Below, in pieces: positions 57,142 to 64,000 of a stretch of DNA of 64,000 nt. Origin of the DNA: an uncultured Alphaproteobacteria bacterium (GTDB lineage: Bacteria > Pseudomonadota > Alphaproteobacteria > HIMB59 > GCA-002718135); contig CACILT010000005.1 in NCBI GenBank assembly GCA_902587565.1, positions 10,461 through 74,460 on the forward strand, written 5' to 3'. Position 1 is the stretch's first letter. Every line of letters starts with the position of its first letter. Below the pieces are notes generated by a model. It made no database searches. It saw only the letters and a program-made list of their open reading frames with translations, and had not been told where the DNA came from. The translations under genes were made by a program, and so were the position numbers.

Positions 57142-58001
57142 ATTTTTATTTTTAATAAATTTTTGATGTTTGCTTTTTTATTAATTTTCCAACTTAAATC
57201 TTTTTTTTTGCCTGTCATTATAGTCATAATTCCAGGACCGTGACCTGACATTACAGAATCTCCATGAATGCAAATTGCAATGCTAACATAATCTTTTTTA
57301 TATGATCTTCCCCACCTGTGATCAGCATGATTTATAGCGATTAAATCACCAAGTTTCATTTGATCAATTTTTAATTTTTTCATTAAGGCTCGATCACCAG
57401 ACATCAGATCTTGATCTACGTATTCAGAATTCAACTCTGCTCCAGATCCCATAATACGTATTGGTAATTCGATTGCGACATCGACTATTAATTTTTTTTT
57501 AACAATTTTTAAAAATAAAGATTTTAAAAGTTTTGGATCAATTTTTTTAATTTCAATATTTGGAAAATCTAATAATTTTAATCCTCTACCATGAGTTATG
57601 ATATCAATTTGATCACCTATGCAAATCTTATCTAGAATTTTATTTTCGAAATGTATTAAATTTCTTGCATGCTCCCCAGTCACTATGCCAATTGCACCTT
57701 TAGCTTCACCCGATCTAACTATAGCCTTATTGCCAGTGCATACCAAATAATGCAAAGCAAAATGCTCATTAGGATTTTCAGAGTCTATCGAAACACCTGG
57801 TTCAACGTGATCTCCAGCCCAACCAAATGCATTATCTCCTACTTTAATATTATTTACTACACCAAACATTCCTGGATAAATCACAGCCTGTCCATCATTA
57901 TTTGGAATATATCCAGGATTTTTAAAAGAGGGTTGCGTTGCAAAACCCCCAATTGACATTTTTATTAAATTTTTCTCATTAGTTTTTAAATTTGAAATCA
58001 C
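57138..58001 (-). CDS. Uncharacterised protein, tandem paralog A (287 aa)
   Basis: First gene of the minus-strand operon. Overlaps paralog B by 4 nt (ATGA). No TM segment or signal peptide. Confidence 0.65.
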   Translation of the reverse strand: MISNLKTNEKNLIKMSIGGFATQPSFKNPGYIPNNDGQAVIYPGMFGVVNNIKVGDNAFGWAGDHVEPGVSIDSENPNEHFALHYLVCTGNKAIVRSGEAKGAIGIVTGEHARNLIHFENKILDKICIGDQIDIITHGRGLKLLDFPNIEIKKIDPKLLKSLFLKIVKKKLIVDVAIELPIRIMGSGAELNSEYVDQDLMSGDRALMKKLKIDQMKLGDLIAINHADHRWGRSYKKDYVSIAICIHGDSVMSGHGPGIMTIMTGKKKDLSWKINKKANIKNLLKIKI

Positions 58002-58166
58002 ATTGAGAGGAATATCTTGTTTAATTTAAATAAAGAATAACAAAATTGTCATTACAGTGTTGATAAAATGTAATCTAAAAAATACTCGTATATTGCAAAA
58101 TAATCACCACCAAAATGATAAATTATCTATTTCTTAAATTATAAAAACAATTTAGATACGATTTTT

Positions 58167-59708
58167 ATGGGAACTTCATTTGAAAATTTAAATAATGAAA
58201 TTAAAAAATTTAATGATGTCTTAAACACTATGAATATTTTGATTTGGGATTCTAGAACTAAAATGCCAAAAAAAGGAGCATCTGGAAGAGGTTCACAGAT
58301 AGGAAGTCTTACATCTGTAGCAAGAGAAATATTACTATCTTCAAAAATGAGAAAATTATTGGATGAATCTGATAATGAAACTCATAATTTAGATGATGAT
58401 ACTTTTGAAAGAAAAACACTTAAACATTTAGGTGAGGCTATTGAGTATCATGATAAAATACCAGAAAAAATTCAAGTTAGAAAAGCTGAAATTGAACCTT
58501 TAGCCCATAATGCTTGGGCTGAAGCAAGAGAAAAAAAAGATTTTAGCATTTTTAAACCACTCTTACAGGAGCAAGTTGATATAGCAATTGAGCAAGCTCA
58601 CTGTATCGGTTTTAAAGAGCATCCATACGATGCATTAATGCAAAGATTTGAACCAGGTGAGTCTGTAAAATCACTTAAAAAATTATTTGATGTATTAAAG
58701 TCAGGCCTTGGAGAAATACTTAAAGAAACCTCAAAAGTAGCAAAACCAAATAAAAGTTTTTTATATAAAAATTATCCTGTAGAAAAACAAATTGAGTTCT
58801 CTACAAAAATTGCAAGTAAGTTTGGATATGATTTTGACAGGGGAAGATTAGATAGCACTGTTCATCCTTTCGAAATTTCTTTTACTAGAGATGATGTAAG
58901 AATTACCACAAGATATTATGAAGATTTTATAAATCCATCTTTATTTGGTACTTTACATGAAGCAGGTCACGGAATTTATGAACAAAATATTAATGAAAAA
59001 TACACTCGCTCAGCAATGACAACAGATTTTTTAAGCTTTTATGCTGTTGGTGGAGTTAGTTTTGGTGCTCACGAGTCCCAGTCAAGATTATATGAAAATC
59101 ATATTGGTAGAAGTAAAATTTTTTGGGAAAACCACTTTGGTGATTTAAAAGATTGCTTTCCGGAAGCATTAAAAAATGTTTCTGCTGAAGACTTTTTTAG
59201 AGCAGTAAATGTAGTTGAACCAAGTCTTATAAGAGTAGAGTCTGATGAATCTACGTACGATTTTCATATCATGTTAAGAGTTGATATAGAAAGTATGCTA
59301 ATTGATAAAAGTTTAAAAGTAGCAGATTTACCAATTGTTTGGAATGAACAAATAAAACAATATTTAGATCTCGAAGTACCTGATGACAGTCAAGGTGTCT
59401 TACAAGATATTCATTGGTCAGGTGGTCAATTTGGTACTTTTTGTAATTATACAATTGGAAATGTTATGGCTGCTCAGCTAATGGAAATAATGAAAAAAAC
59501 AAACCCAGAAATACAAAATGATATTAATCAAGCTAATTATGAGCCACTACTCAATTGGTTAACATCAAACATTCATACTCATGGAAGACGATACACAAGA
59601 AACGAATTATTAGAAAGGTCTACTGGAGAAACTCTAAATCCTTTACCTTATATTAATTATCTTAAAGGCAAGGCCAGCCAAGTTTATGGAGTAAAATTTA
59701 ATGATTAA
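58167..59708 (+). CDS. M32 carboxypeptidase (Taq-type metallocarboxypeptidase)
   Basis: HEAGHGIYE (HExxH), TVHPFEISF, IRVESDESTY and DIHWSGGQFG motifs. 513 aa. Confidence 0.9.
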   Translation: MGTSFENLNNEIKKFNDVLNTMNILIWDSRTKMPKKGASGRGSQIGSLTSVAREILLSSKMRKLLDESDNETHNLDDDTFERKTLKHLGEAIEYHDKIPEKIQVRKAEIEPLAHNAWAEAREKKDFSIFKPLLQEQVDIAIEQAHCIGFKEHPYDALMQRFEPGESVKSLKKLFDVLKSGLGEILKETSKVAKPNKSFLYKNYPVEKQIEFSTKIASKFGYDFDRGRLDSTVHPFEISFTRDDVRITTRYYEDFINPSLFGTLHEAGHGIYEQNINEKYTRSAMTTDFLSFYAVGGVSFGAHESQSRLYENHIGRSKIFWENHFGDLKDCFPEALKNVSAEDFFRAVNVVEPSLIRVESDESTYDFHIMLRVDIESMLIDKSLKVADLPIVWNEQIKQYLDLEVPDDSQGVLQDIHWSGGQFGTFCNYTIGNVMAAQLMEIMKKTNPEIQNDINQANYEPLLNWLTSNIHTHGRRYTRNELLERSTGETLNPLPYINYLKGKASQVYGVKFND

Positions 59709-60864
59709 GAAAAATTTTGTCGCTTCAAGAATTAAAGATCATAAATCTAATATTGTAACAAAAATGTGGAATATTCAACAAAAATTAGATGATGTAATTG
59801 CAATGGGAAGAGGTGATACTGATTTAGATACACCAAGACATATCATAGATGCAGGTATAAATGCTCTAAACAATGGAGCAACACATTATACACATCCTAT
59901 GGGTATGCCAGAATTAAGAAATGAAATTTGTAACGATATATTAAAGAATGGAGGAGCAAAATATAACGATGACGAAATAGTTGTTACAGCTGGAGGTCAG
60001 GAAGCAATGTTTGCAATTGCTTTAGGTATATTAAATGCTGGTGATGAAATGATTGCTGTAGCTCCTGGCTACAATCCATATTTTCAGGCAGCTGAATTAG
60101 CAGAAGCAAAGCCAGTTATGGTTAAGACTTATATTGATAATAATTTTGCAATGACTGCTGAAGCTGTTGAACCCTTAATAACTGATAAAACTAAAATTAT
60201 GGTTATTATCAATCCTTGCAATCCAACTGGTGCAGTTACACCTTATGAAGAAGTACTTAAATTATCACAATTAGCAATAAAACATGATCTTATAGTAATA
60301 TCTGATGAGATCTATTCTCGTCTTACTTTTGGAAATCATACAGCACAACCTGTTGCAGCTTTACCAGAAATGTTTGAAAGAACTATAACTTTAAATGGAT
60401 TTTCAAAGTCATATTGTATGACCGGATGGAGAGTAGGATATTTTGCTGCACCAAAAAATTTGATAACTCATTTAGGTGAGATTCATCATGGATTTGCAAT
60501 ATGCGCTCCTGCAGTTAGTCAACATGCAGCTCTTGCAGCTCTTAAGGGTTCTCAGGATTGTGTAAAAGAAATGCAGCAAATCATGCAGGAAAGATGTGAA
60601 ATATTATGCAATGGACTTGATGAAATTAATATACCTTATTCAGAACCACAAGGAGGATATTACGTATATGCCAATGTTTCAAAAACAGGCATGAATGCTA
60701 CAGATTTTTGTCTGAAATTATTGGAAGAGGGAAAAGTTATAATTTACCCTGGAGGTTTATATGGTGATCACTGTGATGATTTTGTAAGATTTTCTCTAAC
60801 TCAACCAGCAAATAAAATTAAAGAAGCAGTATCCAGAATAAAAAAAGTTGTATCAACAATATGA
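59701..60864 (+). CDS. Class I/II PLP-dependent aminotransferase
   Basis: NPCNPTG, DEIYS and NGFSKSYCMTGWRVGY. Overlaps the upstream gene by 8 nt. Confidence 0.9.
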   Translation: MIKKNFVASRIKDHKSNIVTKMWNIQQKLDDVIAMGRGDTDLDTPRHIIDAGINALNNGATHYTHPMGMPELRNEICNDILKNGGAKYNDDEIVVTAGGQEAMFAIALGILNAGDEMIAVAPGYNPYFQAAELAEAKPVMVKTYIDNNFAMTAEAVEPLITDKTKIMVIINPCNPTGAVTPYEEVLKLSQLAIKHDLIVISDEIYSRLTFGNHTAQPVAALPEMFERTITLNGFSKSYCMTGWRVGYFAAPKNLITHLGEIHHGFAICAPAVSQHAALAALKGSQDCVKEMQQIMQERCEILCNGLDEINIPYSEPQGGYYVYANVSKTGMNATDFCLKLLEEGKVIIYPGGLYGDHCDDFVRFSLTQPANKIKEAVSRIKKVVSTI

Positions 60865-61343
60865 ATGCCAAATTAAAAAATGAGGTTTTAGAAATAAAAC
60901 ACATGGCATTTGCTGTAGAAGATATTGAACAATCACTAAAATATTATAAAAAATTTATGGGCGTATCAAATGATATAGAAATTCAAGATATGCCAAAATC
61001 ACGTACAAGAGTTGCTGTTTTTAATATTGGAGATATAGAATATCAACTCTGTCAATCACAAGATCCTGATGGAAGATTTAATAAATGGATAAAAGAAAGA
61101 GGAAGAGGTGGCTTGCACCATATTTGTTACGTAGTTAAAAATTTAGATGAGTCAATAAAGGTAATGACAGACGAAGGTGCTACTCTTAGGGAATGTAAGG
61201 CATGTAAAGTAGTTGGAAATCATCCTCACCCTGAAGGTTTTATTGCATTTTTAGATAATGAGGTTGATAATATTGAAGTAGAATTAATGCAAGTTTACAC
61301 AGATCAAGAATTAGAAAAATATAAATCTTATCAAGGAATATAA
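60861..61343 (+). CDS. VOC/glyoxalase-family protein (methylmalonyl-CoA-epimerase-like), paralog of 31947..32438
   Basis: IKHMAFAVEDIEQSL, GLHHICYVVKNLDESI, and the shared C-x-A-C...HPHPEGF segment. Confidence 0.75.
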   Translation: MNAKLKNEVLEIKHMAFAVEDIEQSLKYYKKFMGVSNDIEIQDMPKSRTRVAVFNIGDIEYQLCQSQDPDGRFNKWIKERGRGGLHHICYVVKNLDESIKVMTDEGATLRECKACKVVGNHPHPEGFIAFLDNEVDNIEVELMQVYTDQELEKYKSYQGI

Positions 61344-61345
61344 AT

Positions 61346-62233
61346 ATTAAATCAATTTATATCACGGGTGCTGGAGGCTTTTTAGGATCTGAATTAGTCA
61401 ATGGACTTTCATTATTAAATTATCAAATTTATGCAAATGATATAAATTTTTCTTATAAAATAAATAAAAATAAAAAAATAATTCTTCTTAAAGAAAACTT
61501 ATTACCTAACAAACACAAGATTAATATTAACAATTGTGACATTTTTATTCATGCATGTGCGTTGACTAAAACATATAAAGATAAAAATAAAAACTTATTT
61601 AAAGTTAATACGAAATTGACTAGGAAAGCATTAATTTTAGCTAAGCAACTTAATTGTAAAAATTTTTTTTTTATAAGCTCAACTTCTGTCTATAGAAAAT
61701 TCTCAAAATACAAATATAATGAAAAATCAAAAACTTCTGGACAAGATAGTTATTCTAAATCAAAATTAAAAGGTGAAAAAATATCAAAAGATTTTTGTAA
61801 CAAACATAAGATTAAACTTACTATATTGAGAATAGGTAATATTTATAGTGGTCATGAGAAAATAAAATGGAGTAGATTAAATGTATCACAAATTCAGAAA
61901 TGGATTAATGATAACAAAAAAAATAAAATCTTAAAAACAAGTAATTTTGATACCTTAAGAGATTGGACATATGTTAAAGATATACCCAAAGCTTTAAATA
62001 GCATAATTATAAATAATCAAAATTTTAAGATACTCAATTTAGTATCTCCTTATTGTTATAAAGATATCTATTTAATGAAAAAAATATCTAAAAATAATAA
62101 ACTAATTAATTCATTAGAAAATAATAATAATAATAATGCGAGTTATTCAATTTATATTGATAAAATATTATTTAAAAAATGGACTACTTTTCAAAGAGCA
62201 TTTAACTTAATTAAAAATTATGAAAACTTATAA
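61346..62233 (+). CDS. NAD-dependent epimerase/dehydratase (extended SDR); apparent non-canonical (ATT) start
   Basis: The track starts at TTG 61562, but the frame is open from 61325 and encodes the Rossmann motif ITGAGGFLGS at 61361-61390. IFIHACA, SSTSVY and YSKSK (YxxxK) follow. There is no ATG/GTG/TTG between 61325 and 61361. The ATT at 61346 would give MKSIYITGAGGF. Confidence 0.65.
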   Translation: MKSIYITGAGGFLGSELVNGLSLLNYQIYANDINFSYKINKNKKIILLKENLLPNKHKININNCDIFIHACALTKTYKDKNKNLFKVNTKLTRKALILAKQLNCKNFFFISSTSVYRKFSKYKYNEKSKTSGQDSYSKSKLKGEKISKDFCNKHKIKLTILRIGNIYSGHEKIKWSRLNVSQIQKWINDNKKNKILKTSNFDTLRDWTYVKDIPKALNSIIINNQNFKILNLVSPYCYKDIYLMKKISKNNKLINSLENNNNNNASYSIYIDKILFKKWTTFQRAFNLIKNYENL

Positions 62234-63221
62234 GGTGGTATTAGTTGGCTACGGCCCAAGAGGTAAAATATGGTCTAAAATTTTAAAAAAAAACAAAAAT
62301 GTGAAGTTGGTTGCAATATGTGACATCAATTTAAAAACCAAAAATAAAGACTCAAAGAAAATTCCTTTTTACTTAAAGATTGAAAATGCCATTTTTGAAA
62401 ATAATCCAGATTTTATTGTCTTATCAACACCTCCAGCATCAAGAATGAAAGATTTAAAAGTTTGCGCAAAATATAAATTGCCTGTTTTAGTTGAAAAGCC
62501 ACTTGCTGTTAATATTAATGAGGCAAAAAAATTAGTGAGATTTATGAACCGAAATAAATTATTAATGATGGTCGGTTTAAATTTTCGATATCTTCCTTCA
62601 ACAATTGAAAAAATAAAATTAATTAAATTAAATAAAGTCGGAAAACCAAATTTTGCAAGATTTGTTTATGAGAGATGGCGAGATGGAAAGCTTAAGCGAT
62701 TAAATAAATACCCTCTTTTAATGGATCAACCAATGCTTTGGGAGCAATCAATTCATCATTTTGATTTAATACGATATGTATACAATTCAGAAATAAAAAG
62801 CGTATATGCTACGACGTCAAATCCACCTTGGTCAATGTATAAAGATGATACAAATGTTAATGCAATACTCGAATTAAAAAATAAAATAATAATAAATTAC
62901 GTAGGTAATTGGCAGAGTAATTCAAAGTCATTAAATTTTGAATGGAGAACTGATTGTGAAAATGGAATAATAATTCAAAAAAAACAATTTGAAGACTTAT
63001 ATTACAGACATTTCAAATCTAAAGTAGAAAAAAAAATCAAACTTAAAAAAATAAAAATGTGGTTCGACGATGCTAATCTATTATTAAATGATTTTTTAGA
63101 CTCTCTTCGAAAGAAAAAGGATATTTACAAAATAAACTCTGATCATTTAAAATCATTAGCTGTTGTAGATGCTTGTATAAAATCTTCTAAAACTGGAAAA
63201 AAAGTAAGGATATTAAGCTAA
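62220..63221 (+). CDS. Gfo/Idh/MocA-family oxidoreductase
   Basis: VVLVGYGPRG Rossmann start and the EKPL motif (LVEKPLAV). Overlaps the upstream gene by 14 nt. Confidence 0.8.
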   Translation: MKTYKVVLVGYGPRGKIWSKILKKNKNVKLVAICDINLKTKNKDSKKIPFYLKIENAIFENNPDFIVLSTPPASRMKDLKVCAKYKLPVLVEKPLAVNINEAKKLVRFMNRNKLLMMVGLNFRYLPSTIEKIKLIKLNKVGKPNFARFVYERWRDGKLKRLNKYPLLMDQPMLWEQSIHHFDLIRYVYNSEIKSVYATTSNPPWSMYKDDTNVNAILELKNKIIINYVGNWQSNSKSLNFEWRTDCENGIIIQKKQFEDLYYRHFKSKVEKKIKLKKIKMWFDDANLLLNDFLDSLRKKKDIYKINSDHLKSLAVVDACIKSSKTGKKVRILS

Positions 63222-63357
63222 TAATTATTAATAATTTTTTGCAATACTATTAAATAATACATGACATATAGTCATCACTGATATGACTTATTTACTATTT
63301 CAAATATTCTAAATTTCTTTTATTCCTTCATTAATCATATTTTCTAATGGAGGTTGT

Positions 63358-64000
63358 ATGAAAAAATTAATAACTGGAGTAGCAGTTGTATTTGGTTTGA
63401 TATTCCCATCAACTTTTACAATAGCCGCTCCACCAGACGATACTTTCGTTGTTGGATTGCCGACAGATACAATCGGTTTGGAACCTGCCCAAATTAGTTC
63501 AAGACATACTGCGAATATAATGAAGCATATTTTTGGACAACTATATTCAGTTTCTGAAACAGGTTCAATCGATCCTAACTTAGCTGAGAGTTATAAAATT
63601 TCTGATGATGGAAAAGAATATACATTTACATTAAAGGAAGGTTTAACTTGTCACGATGGTGAGGCGCTAACAGCAGAAGATGCTGCATATTCATTTAATA
63701 GAGTAGCAGATGAAGATCTTGCGTTTACTGGTAACTCAGCAGGTTTTGTTTATAAATCTATAGACTTTAAAGAAGCTAGAGCAGACAGTGAAAGAGAAGT
63801 TACTATTGTTCTCGGTGGACCTAATCACATTGCTTTAGGTTTGATTGCAGAAGTTTACGTACACTGTAAAGATTCTTATGAAAAAATGTCTAAAGATGAA
63901 GCAGCGTCAAACCCAATAGGTTCCGGACCTTATGAATTTGTTAAATGGGATAAAGGTAGTCAGATTGTTCTAAAAAAAGCTGCTAATCCACCTATACCGA
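63358..64000 (+). CDS. ABC transporter substrate-binding protein, family 5; 3' end cut by window edge
   Basis: Not in the ORF track because there is no stop in the window. GGAGG (63349-63353) precedes ATG 63358. Signal peptide MKKLITGVAVVFGLIFPSTFTIAA. LAESYKISDDGKEYTFTLKEGLTCHDGE is a typical family-5 SBP segment. Confidence 0.85.
   Translation, partial: MKKLITGVAVVFGLIFPSTFTIAAPPDDTFVVGLPTDTIGLEPAQISSRHTANIMKHIFGQLYSVSETGSIDPNLAESYKISDDGKEYTFTLKEGLTCHDGEALTAEDAAYSFNRVADEDLAFTGNSAGFVYKSIDFKEARADSEREVTIVLGGPNHIALGLIAEVYVHCKDSYEKMSKDEAASNPIGSGPYEFVKWDKGSQIVLKKAANPPIP

Noticed and set aside
127-59454. About 35 short ORFs (60-142 aa) in the track lie antisense to, or out of frame within, longer well-supported genes. 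They are 127-354, 1714-1899, 3373-3561, 3395-3601, 4531-4746, 4705-4962, 4905-5180, 12324-12551, 14852-15094, 15820-16008, 16097-16420, 17698-17895, 19134-19319, 22819-23025, 24952-25194, 28848-29033, 32383-32595, 32890-33090, 33522-33740, 38087-38296, 38782-39210, 39223-39411, 42071-42256, 42444-42767, 43252-43539, 43836-44093, 44103-44333, 46942-47124, 47646-47924, 50058-50267, 53067-53363, 54227-54451, 54558-54770, 56672-56941, 57669-57956 and 59269-59454.
   Set aside because: Each is fully or largely contained in a longer ORF with clear family motifs. Their translations are low-complexity (F/L/I/K/S-rich), as expected from AT-rich antisense frames, and none shows a recognisable motif or an RBS.
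62120-62137. An (AAT)6 microsatellite as a phase-variation switch.
   Set aside because: The repeat unit is a codon (a poly-Asn run inside the epimerase), so slippage stays in frame. Such runs are expected in very AT-rich coding sequence.
1-64000. A search for tRNA, rRNA, CRISPR arrays, transposases, integrases, toxin-antitoxin pairs and known defence genes.
   Set aside because: The intergenic regions are too short and unstructured for RNA genes. There are no spaced direct-repeat arrays. No ORF shows DDE, tyrosine-recombinase or serine-recombinase motifs, nor nuclease or helicase defence motifs.

Overview
This is an AT-rich, extremely gene-dense bacterial chromosome segment. Most intergenic gaps are under 50 nt, and many genes overlap by 1-4 nt. 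An ALAS-type hemA, a GcrA-domain protein and the many ABC importers point to a streamlined alphaproteobacterium of the SAR11/Pelagibacterales type. That assignment is inference from gene content and composition only. I saw no rRNA, tRNA, CRISPR array, transposase, integrase or phage gene.

Layout:
(1) 1-7957: a carbohydrate ABC importer (SBP cut by the window edge, two permeases), then a signal-peptide-less Cys-type sulfatase, an FGE-domain protein that lacks the catalytic cysteine pair, and a translationally coupled 609-aa unknown protein. uxuA lies convergent to this block.
(2) 8008-25570: housekeeping genes. These include an aldo/keto reductase, an agmatinase-family hydrolase, a Bcp-like peroxiredoxin, a NUDIX hydrolase, msrA, a GcrA C-terminal-domain-only protein and a cfa-like methyltransferase. 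A four-gene stator-like module follows: a MotA/ExbB-like protein, a MotB/OmpA-like protein with about 380 aa of coiled coil, an exported pentapeptide-repeat protein and an untracked 53-aa lipoprotein. The block ends with an EamA transporter, a heme cluster (hemA, cytochrome b561, hemC with a HemD-like extension, hemE, hemH, hemF, hemJ) and nth.
(3) 25.7-64 kb: an accessory-looking nitrogen/peptide/cyclic-amide catabolic region. It holds three or four Opp/Dpp-type ABC systems, a LysR-controlled VOC/AstE-like/PuuE-like/M20 operon, and a 12-gene minus-strand operon led by two tandem paralogous unknown proteins. It also carries duplicated aminotransferase, VOC, amidohydrolase and Gfo/Idh/MocA genes.

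Best candidates for undescribed biology:
- the stator-like module (13837-17304);
- the tandem unknown paralogs and the 474-aa unknown protein inside the 12-gene operon;
- the sulfatase paired with a non-canonical FGE-domain protein;
- a 164-bp near-identical direct repeat at the 3' ends of two ATPase genes that brackets 11.3 kb.

All family calls come from motif recognition by eye. No searches were run.
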